Assembly: GCF_963506605.1 (NCBI RefSeq) | Contig: NC_083284.1 | Span: forward strand, 69,378,001-69,442,000 | Length of the DNA stretch: 64,000 bases | DNA from: Zootoca vivipara | Taxonomy: Eukaryota | Direction: 5' to 3' | In this document: one piece after another, positions 1-12,136 of the stretch | How the letters are laid out: each line of letters begins with the position of its first letter | How positions within the stretch are numbered: the first letter of the stretch is position 1 | Made by a program: the position numbers and the translations under genes | The notes under the pieces: model-generated | Seen by the model: the letters and a program-made list of their open reading frames with translations, nothing else | Told to the model about the DNA's origin: nothing | The model's database searches: none

Positions 1-236
1 GAGAAGTAGGTTATGAATTGTGTTTTGGGGGAGGCTTGAAAACTTACCAGGTTTCCTCTGATTAGGAGAACCATAATAGTGGCTAAAGTCATCTTGACCA
101 CAGTGCTACCAAACTTCCCTACAAAATGCAGCTGTAAATAAAAAGTGTTCAAGTGTTCAAGAAAAAAGTGTTCAAGTGTTCAAGATGGTAGTAAAGACTT
201 ATTCAGGAGCCACCATACATTTTTAATGCCTCTTTT

Positions 237-510
237 CAGGGCCCATGAGGCAGTTGCCCCAGGTGGCAGGCTGGGGAGAGCTTGAGGGGGGTGACAGATG
301 TGTGCCTCGAGTAACCACTTGCCACCTCCTGCACTTGTGACCTGGTGAGGAGTGTCTCCTCTTCCTCTGCCACCTACTCCGCTCTGGCCTCCTTCAGCAC
401 ACCAGGGTTTCCCCGGGCCACCTATGGTCACCTCTGGAGCAGAATAGCAGCAAGTGGGGGCACCATTTTGTGTTTTGCCTCAGGCAGCAAAGCATCATGG
501 ACCCGCCCTG
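237..510. mobile_element. Degraded hAT-like MITE
   Basis: CAGGGC...GCCCTG termini and internal TGCCCCAGGTGGCA / TGCCTCAGGCAGCA motifs; no clear TSD. Confidence 0.45.
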
Positions 511-732
511 TTTCTTGTGCATTGTCACCAGCTGTGTCTCAGAAAGTAATGGCATGGGCAAGAGGGCTGCATCAGTGGACCTTTAATGGGCAGATTCATA
601 TCAGAGGAGAAAGTCCCACAAGTACCTTGGTCCCGAGCCATAAAAGGCTTAGTACCAGCACCATAAATTGTGTTTGGAAATGAAGGAGCAGCCTGTGCCG
701 TAACGAGGTCACATGATCCCAGCACTTGGCCT

Positions 733-1269
733 CAGTGGCGGAAGAACCCTCTCCGGCACCCGGGGCGGGGCGCTGAGGGGCGGGGTGACCCGCCCGGTGA
801 CGCACTCGTGACGTCCGTACGGACTGCGCAGGTGCGGCATCCCATACAAAGTGCACGTGCGGCATCCCATACGGAGTGTGCACGCACAGCATCCCGCCTC
901 TCGCATGGCGACCATATGGGCTGCCACGCATGCACACTCCGTACGGGATGCCGCACATGCACACTCCGTATGGGCTGCCGCTCATACGGCGTCCGTACGG
1001 GCTGTCGTTTCCATGTGCCGTCCATACGGGTGTCCATATGAGCGGCATCCCATACGGAGTGCACATATGTGGCATCCCATACGGACTGTGCATGTGCAGC
1101 ATCCCTTATGGACTGCGCACGCATGGCAGCCCCGTGTGAGCGGCGCCCATACTGACTGCGCATGCCCTTGGCCGCTCTACAGCTGGGAGGAGGCAGGGGC
1201 CGTCTTGTCACCCCCCAAGGGGCAGCCAGGGCGGTCCACCCCCTCCGCACCCCACTTCGTACACCCCTG
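733..1269. mobile_element. Non-autonomous hAT-type DNA transposon containing a ~27-bp CpG-rich internal repeat array
   Basis: Imperfect TIRs CAGTGGCGGAAGAA / TTCGTACACCCCTG; 8-bp TSD CTTGGCCT / GTTGGCCT. Confidence 0.8.
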
Positions 1270-3594
1270 GTTGGCCTCAGTCAGAATTCTAGTAGTGGGA
1301 TTCTGCACCAGCTGAAATCTCAGGGGTGGGCTTTCAAGGGCAGCCCCACACAGGGCACACCACCTGACCTGGGAGAAAGCTTACTAAAACAGGCTGTTTG
1401 ATTGAAGTAATAGAGTAAATATGGCTCTTCACTCCAGGGTCCAGTTGTCTTTGGTTTGTTCTAGGGATGTGGAGTAAATTCTTCACCATCACAATTTTGA
1501 TTAGAACAAGTACAACCTGTGAGAAAATAGTTGTGACATGGGATGTTTCCTATTCAGGAATTCTTCCAAGACACTCTGCTTTCCTCTACTTCTGATTTTC
1601 ATGTTTCCCCCTCTCAACAGCCAGGGGTCTGTGGATTCTGAGCATGCACAGTCCTCATCAGGCTGCCCCCCTTTAAATGTTTGCCTTAAATTGTTTTCTG
1701 TGGGGGGTGTGTGTGGGTGTTATTTTGCAAATGGTAGCGTTTTCCCAAGCGTTTTCCCATCTTCCTTCATGTGCATTGATGGTGCTGTTTTGGCTACATT
1801 TAGAGAATGAGTTCACCATTAGGATATACTGTTGTCTTGAGATAGCCCAGGGCAAAGATGGTGGCTCTCCATTCATAACTCTCCAAAGGAGCAACATATG
1901 TGTAGAACAAACAGTTCCTGTTTGATCACAACAGATACAAACACAGTCAGAATAGTGTTTGTAGCAGTAGATAATGGGCAGGTGTGCACCAAACATTTAA
2001 AGCACATCCAGAGCACATATAAAACAAATGGTTTTCCCAACGAATCCTGGGGACTGTGGTCTTCTCCTCACAGAGCTACAGTTCTTGGCACCCTTAACAA
2101 ACTACAATGCTCAGGATTCGCTGGGGGAAGTGATAGGGCTTAAATATGTGTTGGATGTGTTTTAAATGCATGCTTTTAGTCTTCTCCCATTTTCTCAGGG
2201 GGTTAGTTCTTAAACTGTTTTGGGAGAAAGATCCTAGTCTACAATGTTCATATTTTATGATGCTATTGGAAGAATATATATTATAAACAGGCTGATCCTG
2301 CTTCTCCAAACTTTAGGAACGGGACCTTGAAAGAATGACAGCGATTTAGATTTTGCATGGCAGCATTTAGAACTCTCTTCTTCTGAGGAAAAGAATTTGC
2401 AGTGACCCATTTGCCATTTTGTTGGGTGCAAATTGGAAACCCACTTAATCAGTTTTTTCCGGAACAAATTTTTAAGTTACGAATTAGTGGAGCATAAACT
2501 TGTCTGTTTAAAAAATGGATTACCTGTCACATGGAGCTTGCATGGCAGGTTCTAGCAAATTTTCACAGGCTGTTTATCATGACTTGAAAATTGGAGTTTG
2601 TGAGCCTCTTGAATACTGAGCAGCGGTGCTTCCTCCTTCCTTTGTAATCAGAAAGGGGAGATTTAATTTCCAAATGCAAATGAGAAATATTTGAATTGTG
2701 CATATTATACAAAGCCTTTAATTTTTAATTTAGAACATCTTAATATTCACTGTGCTGTGCATAATAATTATTTAAATTTAAAGATGCATATTAATGTATT
2801 TACTGAAATTTGCAGTCCACAAATGACTTGCACTGCAGTCCTAACACCTTAGATTCTCTGCATGAATTACATCTAATATCCAGGTGGCAGCTTCGCATGT
2901 GATCTTTTCTTACTTAAAAGTTGTGGGGCGGAATCTGAATTGATATGACAGTACATGTGGAAAGGAGGTTTAATCCTCATTCCCTAGCAATGCCCCACTG
3001 AAACATTTAAAAAAAAATAGGGTCTTTTTTAAAAAAAATCACAGAGAGAAAAATAAGTTTCTCTTTTTTGGGGGGGGGGGTCTCAACTCACCTTCCTCAC
3101 ATTGCTGGACCAAACTAGATCATGTCCTCTGCACTTTGTTTTGAGCAAGACCCATACTTAGCTGTAGGCTACACATTAAATGTAATGTGTAGTTTGACCT
3201 CAGAGATTAAGAGCCAGTGTATACATCATTTAGTGAACCTGCTCTTGGTGTGTACCACATTGTGCTATATATGAGGGGTGGCAGGTATTTAAGTGCTGTC
3301 CTATGAAACCACCTCCTGGTACTCAGGAAGCTAGCACATGGGGAAGATGGCTAAGCTAGAACCTTCTATCTGACATGCCAACTCTCTCAATGTGGGGATT
3401 TTTAAACAGGAGGCAACATTCAGACATGTGATTCCCCCAATTGCAATCTGAAATGGTACAGCCCGGGAGCATTTTTTTACTATGTTATTGGGCGTTATAT
3501 GCAAATTAGCTCTCAGTCACTGAACTCAACACTTGATTGTCGTCCCTTCAACCTTGGAAAAGAGCTCCATTGACCTTGTGTGGCGGGACTTCCT

Positions 3595-4434
3595 TAGAAT
3601 CATAGACTTGGGAGAGACCACAAGGGCCATCCAGTCCAACCCCCTGCCAATCAGGAAACACCATCTAAAGCATTCCTGACAGATGGCTGTCAAGCCTCCA
3701 CTTAAGGACCTCCAAAGAAGGAGACTCCGCCACACTCCTTGGCAGCAAATTCCACTGTTGAACAGCTCTTACTGTCAGGAAGTTCTTCCTAATGTTTAGG
3801 TGGAATCTTCTTTCTTGTAGCTTGAATCCATTGCTCCGTGTCCGCTTCTCTGGAGCAGCAGAAAACAACCTTTCACCCTCTTCTATATGACATCCTTTTA
3901 TATAATTGAACATGGCTATCATATCACCCCTTAACCTTCTCTTCTCCAGGCTAAACATACCCAGCTCCCTAAGCCGTTCCTCATAAGGCATCGTTTCCAG
4001 GCCTTTGACTATTTTGGTTGCCCTCCTCTGGACACGTTCCAGCTTGTCAGTATCCTTCTTGAACTGTGGTGCCCAGAACTGGACACAGTACTCCAGGTGA
4101 GGTCTGACCAGAGCAGAGTGGTACTATTACTTCTCTTGATCTAGACGCTATACTCCTATTGATGCAGCCCAGAATTGAATTGGCTTTTCTAGCTGCTGCA
4201 TCACACTGCTGACGCATGTCAAGTTTGTGGTCTACCAAGACTCCTAGATCCTTTTCACATGTACTGCTCTCAAGTCAGGTGTCTCCCATCCTGTATTTGT
4301 GCCTTTCATTTATTTATTTTGCCCAAGTGTAGTACTTTACATTTCTCCCTGTTAAAATTCATCTTGTTTGCTTTGGCCCAGTTGTCTAATCTGTTAAAGT
4401 CATTTTGAAGTGTGATCCTGTCCTCTGGGGTATT
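3595..4434 (-). mobile_element. 5'-truncated CR1 LINE (ORF2 C-terminus plus 3' UTR)
   Basis: [23 protein letters not shown]...; remnant ATTCTATG-type tail at 3595-3605. Confidence 0.95.
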
Positions 4435-5070
4435 ATTTGATTAGGACTGATGAAGCTTAATTGCACAGTGGAAACGAAGGAGCTCCATAAATGTTCATGA
4501 GACCAGTGGGCTAGACCTAGAGGAAGCCACTTGCAGAACACAGCCTCATTTGTCAATGCTTAAGTAGGGGGGAGAAACAGAAGTTCCAGGCTTCTGTAGT
4601 CACTGCAGATTGGGGTCAATTAAACTTTCAGAGAAAAGTGGAAACGAGTATAAAAGGTGGGTAATTGTACAGACAGATAAGTGCCCTTTTGAGAGATGTT
4701 GCTGTCGGCTGCTGCCACAACTTCAGAGTAGCGTTTTAAATTTCATGATCATCCTACCTGCTTTGTCTTTCTCATCCTTGGAGGTTTAAGCTTTCCAATG
4801 AGACTTTTCTCATTTCAAAATGGCTCTGTAAATTATCTTGCTCTCCATTCAACTCTGAGGTTTATAACTGTGATCGATTCACACCTGCAGTGATGTGAGG
4901 TGACATGAATGTTTGGTTTGTGGTGGCACATCACTTGACGATGCAGTCATCAAGTGTTAAACTTGTTGAACAAGTCCTAGGATTTTAGCTAATTTATAGC
5001 CAAATCCCATTTGGGTTTACTCACAAATATATCCCAGTTACAGGTAGGTAGCTGTGTTGGTCTGACATAG

Positions 5071-5165
5071 AATCATAGAGTTGGAAGAGACCACAAGGGC
5101 CATCCAGTCCAACCAAGCAGGAAACACCATCAAAGCATTCTTGACATAAGCATTCTTGACATTCT
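5071..5165 (-). mobile_element. Very short CR1 3'-end insertion
   Basis: CR1 3' UTR sequence flanked by repeated TGACATAG. Confidence 0.8.
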
Positions 5166-5237
5166 TGACATAGTCGAACAAAAAATAAAAAAAATTCCTT
5201 CCAGTAGCACCTTAGAGACCAACTAAGTTTGTCATTT

Positions 5238-5275
5238 GTATGAGCTTTCGTGTGCATGCACACTTCTTCAGATAC
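5238..5275 (-). ncRNA. Minimal type-I hammerhead ribozyme motif (Penelope-type)
   Basis: GUAU-CUGAAGA-A-GUGUGCAUGCACAC-GAAA-GC-UC-AUAC: stem I, catalytic boxes, stem II, palindromic minimal stem III. Confidence 0.7.
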
Positions 5276-5317
5276 CAAGTGTGCATGCACACGAAAGCTC
5301 ATACCTATGACAAACTT

Positions 5318-6097
5318 GTTGTTGTTGTTTAGTCGTTTAGTCGTGTCCGACTCTTCGTGACCCCATGGACCATAGCACGCCAGGCACTCCTGTCTTGCAC
5401 TGCCTCCCGCAGTTTGGTCAAACTCATGTTCATAGCTTCGAGAACACTGTCCAACCATCTTGTCCTCTGTTGTCCCCTTCTCCTAGTGCCCTCAATCTTT
5501 CCCAACATCAGGGTCTTTTCCAATGATTATTCTCTTCTCATGAGGTGGCCAAAGTATTGGAGCCTCAGCTTCACGATCTGTCCTTCCAGTGAGCACTCAG
5601 GGCTGATTTCCTGAAGAATGGATAGGTTTGATCTTCTTGCAGTACATGGGACTCTCAAGAGTCTCCTCCAGCACCATAATTCAAAAGCATCAATTCTTCG
5701 GCGATCAGCCTTCTTTATGGTCCAGCTCTCACTTCCATACATCACTACTGGGAAAACCATAGCTTTAACTATACGGACCTTTGTAGGCAAGGTGATGTCT
5801 CTGCTTTTTAAGATGCTGTCTAGGTTTGTCATTGCTTTTCTCCCAAGAAGCAGACGTCTTTTAATTTCGTGACTGCTGTCACCATCTGCAGTGATCAAGG
5901 AGCCCAAGAAAGTAAAATCTCTCACTGCCTCCATTTCTTCCCCTTCTATTTGCCAGGAGGTGATGGGACCAGTGGCCATGATCTTGGTTTTTTTGATGTT
6001 GAGCTTCAGACCATATTTTGCGCTCTCCTCTTTCACCCTCATTAAAAGGTGGTTTAATTCCTCCTCACTTTCTGCCATCAAGGTGTCATCTGCATAT
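5318..6097 (-). mobile_element. 5'-truncated RTE-BovB LINE
   Basis: 184-aa ORF AESEEEL..GLKLNIKKTKIM..RRIDAFELWCWRRLL plus EKTLMLGKIEG; (CAA)n tail; TSD CAAACTT. Confidence 0.95.
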
Positions 6098-6439
6098 CAA
6101 ACTTAGTTGGTCTCTAAGGTGCTACTGGAAGGAATTTTTTATTTATTTTTGGTTTCAAATATATCCCAGTGAGTCTAGTAAACATTAGACTCTAGGATTC
6201 CTTTCCTGGTAACCATACTTAGTAATACGAACTTATTTTTGAGTACACACATTGGATCCAATGGACTGTTTATCTTAACAAGGGTCCTTCCAGGTGTTTT
6301 TATTATTATTACACATTTATCCTTATTTGTGCTCCTGATGCTTTAACGGCAGTTATACACAGTCCCACTTACAATATTAATTGTACCTGCAAAAGTTTTA
6401 TGGTGGTTTTACTGCTTCGTTTCCAACCAGCACATCCTG

Positions 6440-6817
6440 TAACTTCCTGCCCGCCCCAGCCCCACCCCCGCTGCCTGCTCTTACCGGCACAGCACAGTGC
6501 GGCGCGGGGACCAACTTCCGGGTTGATGAAGCCTGTGCGCATGTGCACGGGCGCTCCTCCGACCCGGAGGTGCGCCAGAAAGAGTGTGTGCGCTCCTCCG
6601 ACCCGGAGGTGCGCCAGAAAGAGTGTGTGTGCACGCATGTGGGGCAGAGAAGCGCCCGTGCGCATGCGCACACACTATTTCCGGTGCACTCTGGGTCAGA
6701 GGAGCACTGAAAACTCCTCCGACCTAGAACGTGCACGCATGCGTGCACGCTCCGGCCCGTCCTCCAATGGACGGAGCGTCGGCCGGTCCATCCTCCGATT
6801 AAGGTTGCCGACCTCTG
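6440..6817. mobile_element. hAT (Charlie-like) element fragment, GC-rich, with an internal tandem duplication
   Basis: Terminal AGGTTGCCGACCTCTG; duplicated GCGCTCCTCCGACCCGGAGGTGCGCCAGAAAGAGTGTGT. Confidence 0.55.
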
Positions 6818-7126
6818 AGTAATGTGGTAGCATTTGCAGAACAACTAATAAAGCAGAATAAATCGACCCCTATTGCACTAGTACTGTCTCAAGAACCTGT
6901 TGCAGCATATATTTGCAATAAAACACAAATGTGACTAAATGAGTTAAAATCCAGGTGTTCTTTTTTTTGGGGGGGGGAGCAAAAAACTTTAAATCAGTGC
7001 ATCTCAAACTTTTTGCAATGGCAGAACTCTTCACTTCAAACGAAACTTCAGTAGCATCCTTGAAGTAAAATCTTCTATTTTATTGTGTTTTTTGGAGGGG
7101 AAAGGTGGAGGGGGAAGTTAATTACT

Positions 7127-7186
<60 letters not shown>

Positions 7187-7187
7187 A
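7127..7187. repeat. (GAAA)n microsatellite
   Basis: Direct reading. Confidence 0.95.
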
Positions 7188-7329
7188 GAGCTGCAACTTT
7201 TTAACCAGAGCTGCAACTTTTTAAAGCTGCAATTTTGAGATTTTGAAAAACATTGTCTTCTAATCTCTTCTGAGGGGGACAAGCCTACATTTGGGTATTA
7301 TTTAGCTTCTCTCCCCCAACCCCCACATT

Positions 7330-7485
7330 TAAACCACAGAGCCTAGGGCTTGCTGATCAGAAGGTCGGTGGTCCGAATCCCCTCGACGGAGTGAGCTCCC
7401 GTTGCTCGGTCCCAGCTCCTGCCAACCTAGCAACCCCAGAGTCGGTCACCACTGGACCTAATGGTCAGGGGTCCCTTTACCTTTT
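7330..7485 (+). mobile_element. Internally deleted Sauria SINE
   Basis: Head and tail match the copy at 9150-9497. Confidence 0.8.
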
Positions 7486-7721
7486 AGTCCACACTCACAC
7501 ATACTTGAATTGGTATAGGAGGAGTCTTTACTGTTTATTCCCTTCTGTGTTTGTCTCTGCATTCTCATTAGTTGATTATGTTGTGCCTATTAAGTATTGA
7601 CAGGGCATGTGCACAGATAGCTATGTATACACCTTGGTGTTTTGCTTTTTAAAACAAAAAACAAAAAAAACCCTGCTCATGAATTGTCCAAAAGCACACG
7701 GTCAGAAGGGGGGGAACATTG

Positions 7722-7998
7722 GGTAAAGGCAAAGGGACCCCTGACCATTAGGTCCAGTCGTGACTGACTCTGGGGTTGCACTCATCTCACGTTATTAGCC
7801 GAGGGAGCCAGCGTACAGCTTCCAGGTCATGTGGTCAGCATGACAAAGCCGCTTCTGGCGAACCAGAGCAGCACATGGAAATGCCGTTAACTTACCACTG
7901 TAGGGGTACCTATTTATCTACTTGCACTTTGACGTGCTTTCAAACTGCTAGGTTGGCAGGAGCTGGGACCGAGCAATGGGAGCTCACCCCGTCGCATG
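7722..7998 (-). mobile_element. Sauria SINE, 5'-truncated
   Basis: Reverse complement of the SINE body and ACCTTT-type tail. Confidence 0.85.
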
Positions 7999-8644
7999 GA
8001 TTCAAACCGCCAACCTTCTTTCCAGTAGTAGAATGCAATTTTTGGTAGGAATCTCAGGTGAGATACCCACACAGTGGAAGTTGCTCCCAGTAACAGGCAC
8101 CACACAGAAGCAGAGAAAGATTCAGATAGTTTACTGTTGCAGAAGATAAGGCTCCGCAGTTCTGGATGTTTATACAGCTTGCAGGCTTTTGCAGATACAG
8201 ATATATACAGACACAAGTACAAAGTAGCTCCATTGGTCTAAATAAGTTGAGCAATTCAAGATGTGACACCAACTAACAGACAGATACTACTGCGCTGATA
8301 TGCATTAATTACAGATATAGTTGGGGCACTGGGCCGTTACCATAGCAACCGGCTTTGCTAACCTTGCACCTGCAATTAGCTCATCCCATGGCATGATTTG
8401 GGCTCATGAAGGAAATCAACCCCTTCTCATGCCCAGTTACTCCAACAATTTTATAACTGTTCCAGATAAACAGTCACAAGGAGCTCTACTTACTGTTAAG
8501 TGAGTGGCACCTTTACCAAAAGCAAGCTCATAAAGATATTCTTGGTCAACTCTCAGACCCCCATCTGCCTCATTTTCCACATCCTTTATATTCCCAAGTA
8601 ATGGATTGTTTTCTGTTGACTTCTTTTATTGTTTGGTCTCACAG

Positions 8645-8769
8645 ACAGCGTAGAAGATGAAATGGAAATGGCCACTGTGCGGCATCGACCCGAAGCCCTC
8701 GAACTGCTGGAAGCACAGAGCAGATTCACAAAGAAAGAGCTTCAGATTCTGTACAGAGGGTTCAAAAAC
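8645..8769 (+). CDS. KCNIP4: KCNIP4 (Kv channel-interacting protein 4) coding exon, first shared core exon ([42 protein letters not shown]); upstream exons lie outside the window
   Basis: 125-nt exon flanked by cag/gtaagt; translation matches recalled KChIP4 core N-terminus. Confidence 0.97.
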
Positions 8770-9149
8770 GTAAGTGGTCCTTGTTGACCCTGCAGAAGGG
8801 GTTACCCATACCCTGGTGTGAACTTGCTGCTACTTGAGTACACAGGTCAGCCGTGCTATCACAGATTACCCATGCCATGTATAATTAGGCCCAAAACAGA
8901 TGTCAAGCGAAGAAATGGAAGCACAATATTGTGGGGAGGGGAGAGGGTTTAGGCACAGGACTGTCTCAAATAGCGTCAAGCTATAGTTTGGTTTTCATCT
9001 GAGCCTATTCACAGCCATTTCTGGCTATCACCAACTGAGGGAACACTGCATATTTTGAAATCTGGGTTGGAGGTATACATAGTGGATGAGCTATGGATGG
9101 GTTGTGATAAGTGATTTGCATAGGGTAATAATTTAAAATTTACACGACA

Positions 9150-9497
9150 GGACCCAGGTGGCGCTGTGGGTTAAACCACTGAGCCTAGGGCTTGCTGATC
9201 AGAAGGTCGGTGGTTCGAATCCCTGTGACGGGGTGAGCTCCCGTTGCTCGGTCCCAGCTCCTGCCAACTTAGCAGTTCGAAAGCACCTCAAAATGCAAGT
9301 AGATAAATAGGAACCGCTACAGCAGGAAGGTAAACGGCATTTCCGTGTGCTGCTCTGGTTTGCCAGAAGCAGCTTTGTCATGCTGGCCACATGACCTGGA
9401 AGCTATACGCCGGCTCCCTCGGCCAATAATGTGAGATGAGCGCGCAACCCCAGAGTCGGTCACGACTGGACCTAATGGTCAGGGGTCCCTTTACCTT
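9150..9497 (+). mobile_element. Full-length Sauria SINE
   Basis: Pol III A/B boxes (GGTGGCGCTGTGG / GGTTCGAATCCC), BovB-like tail, flanking repeat TTTACACGACAG. Confidence 0.92.
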
Positions 9498-10204
9498 TTA
9501 CACGACAGGAACTAACGTACAAAGAAGGAGAAATACTGAAAAGGAATTGAAGAGAGCCGAATTGCATGATAAGTAAATAGCTACTGAGAGGAGCTGTACT
9601 AGAGTTGAGTAATGCCAAAGCTTGAGTAATTTGGAGAATTAAAAAAAGTTTTTACATTGTAATTGAAAAATAGATTTAATAGGGTCTTCAACACCACAGG
9701 CTTTCGAGGCTGCCTCCAGCGATGTTCAGCTTCACAGTCTTCAGTACCATTGCTAATGAATCATTGCCAAGCTGCCATCCCAGTAGGGGAGCGCCATTTT
9801 GTAGCTGGCTTTCCTGTCATCTCCATTTGCTACAAAATGAAACTGTGATTGCTGCAGTCATTAACCTTTCAAGCCAATGGCGCTGTGGTGTGCCTTCTAC
9901 AAGTGGCACTTCACAGTAAATTGCCCAGACTACCAAGCAGCTTCTCTCGGCATGCAGCCTTTCTTTCTCTTTGGGCCATTGATAATTTTCGTGCAAGTTT
10001 TTCCTTTCTTTTTCTTTTTTTTCTTTTTTGAAGCAGCTTTTATATTTCCACACACTTCCCTTCCCCAAGGACATGTTAAATAGTTAGGATCCTTCCAACA
10101 AATTAAACCTTTCCTTTCTCTTCTTAGTAGTATAGTCACTTCTAGAGCACGTTGCCCTATCCTTTGAACACTGTAAATATCTGTGGTTTGCAGAATGATA
10201 ACTA

Positions 10205-10436
10205 CAGTGGAACCTCGGTTTTTGAGCGTCTCTGAAGCCGAATATTTCAGAACCTGAACGCCGAAAACCCAGAAGTCATTGCTTCCATTTTCGAACATGC
10301 CCCAGAAGTTGAACAGCGTTTCTGGATTTTTTTTCAATTGAATTCTCCAACTGCCCGTTGCGCCTCAGTTGTCGAACATTTCGGAAGTCGAACCATTTTC
10401 CGGAATGGATTACGTTCGACAACTGAGGTTCCACTG
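10205..10436. mobile_element. Tc1/mariner MITE
   Basis: TA-CAGTGGAACCTCGG...GAGGTTCCACTG-TA. Confidence 0.85.
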
Positions 10437-10611
10437 TACATACCTGTTTTTGTCCATAAGTGTCCTGGGTGTGTTCAAAATGTTACCGCATTTTTAATTG
10501 GAATATAAAACAGGCAACCTTGTTCATACACGTTTTTAGCGTGTGATGTTGTACTCTCCTTTTACTATTTTTGTTGGGAGCCACCCAGAGTGGCTGGGGC
10601 AACGCAGCCAG

Positions 10612-10659
<48 letters not shown>
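10612..10659. repeat. (AAT)n microsatellite (tail of an L2 fragment)
   Basis: Direct reading. Confidence 0.9.
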
Positions 10660-10660
<1 letters not shown>

Positions 10661-11782
10661 AGCAAGTGCAAGCTGAAGTGCATCAGGAGAGAATGGTTTC
10701 ATTTAGCGTCTTCCTGAGTCTGACTTGCAAATCGTAATGCACATGCATGTTTCCAAGCTGGAATAGTGTTTAGAGGTACTTTTCAGCAGAAAAGTTTCGT
10801 GCTAGTGGGTACATACACATGTCCTCACACATCCAATTTCAAAACATTAAGTGGCAAACCCAGAGGAAATTCAAAAGTTAGACATGACAGCTTTGGAACA
10901 TCTGTTACGAGTTTCCCTGTTTCAATTTAGGAAATTCTGCAGTTGGCTGATGGGTGCACATAGGTTTGTAGACTTGCCCTTTTGACCTATTTCATAATAG
11001 CTAGCCTTACCCGGGGCAGAATGTTGATAATGAAAATATCTAATGTTTGGTGATAACTAATGTTTCTCTGGGGGGGGGGGAGCACAGGCCTTCAAGAACA
11101 TATCAGAAAGCCATATTAGGACAGCTTTATTTGGCCAAGCAAAATGTCCCAAAATCAAGTTTGGAGTTCCCCAGAGCTAGGTATAATGAAGGGTTTGAGT
11201 ATTGTTAAATCTTCTTAATACTAACTTAAATTGTCATAGGATAGGTGGATTATGTCCTGAAGGTGGCAATACTTCAGTCCCTTAGAGGGCACCCCAGGAA
11301 TTGTAGGAATCTTCAGAACTCCCTCTAGTCTACCGGGATAGGGGCTCTGAAGTAAGATGAGATAAAATGAAGTCATTCTAGGGGCATGTCAAGGATGTAC
11401 CAGGAGACTCTGTGAATCTGCAGAATCCCTAGCCCTTCCATCCCCCTGACACATGCCTGGAAAGGGGACAAATTGTGCTAGTCATTGATTCCAATAAGAA
11501 GGAAATGTTTTTAAAAACCCAAAGCAGGAAGCAAAAAGAAGGGGGGAAATGCTTCACTACGGACATACACAATGATGACAATGTCCAGCAGTGCTTTGGG
11601 AAAGACTGTTCAGTTCTTTTTGGACTGCTCCTCCAGTCTTTGTTGAATATTTTCATTCCATCTTCATATAAAATGATAACACAGCCAATTGAGAGAAGTA
11701 GCTAATGGCCACAAACCAACAGAGTTAAGCATGTCTTAGCCTATTGGTTTCACTGGATTTAAGCAGACATATAAGCAGATTA

Positions 11783-12136
11783 GGACCCAGGTGGCGCTGT
11801 GGGCTAAACCACTGAGCCTAGGGCTTGCTGATCAGAAGGTCGGCGGTTCGAATCCCTGTGACGGGGTGAGCTCCCGTTGCTTGGTCCCAGCTCCTGCCCA
11901 CCTAGCAGTTTGAAAGCACATCAAAGTGCAAGCAGATAAATAGGGACCGCTCCGGCGGGAAGGTAAAGGGTGTTTCCGTGCGCTGCTCTGGTTCGCCAGA
12001 AGCAGCTTTGTCATGCTGGCCACATGACCCGGAAGCTGTCTGCAGACAAACGCCGGCTCCCTCGGCCTATAGAGCGAGATGAGTGCCGCAACCCCAGAGT
12101 CGGACACGACTGGACCTGATAGTCAGGGGGCCCCTT
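11783..12136 (+). mobile_element. Full-length Sauria SINE
   Basis: Same family; TSD TATAAGCAGATTA. Confidence 0.92.

Larger units (their letters stand above)
5039..6155. mobile_element. Penelope-derived inverted-repeat element interrupted by CR1 and BovB insertions
   Basis: 15-bp TSD CAAATATATCCCAGT (5024-5038 / 6156-6170); inverted arms CCAGTAGCACCTTAGAGACCAACTAAGTTT / AAACTTAGTTGGTCTCTAAGGTGCTACTGG. Confidence 0.8.

Noticed and set aside
596-1315. Overlapping 120-170 aa ORFs with PYG repeats; superficially CRISPR-like periodicity
   Set aside because: By-product of a stop-poor GC-rich 27-bp array inside a hAT MITE; no unique spacers, no cas genes, eukaryotic context
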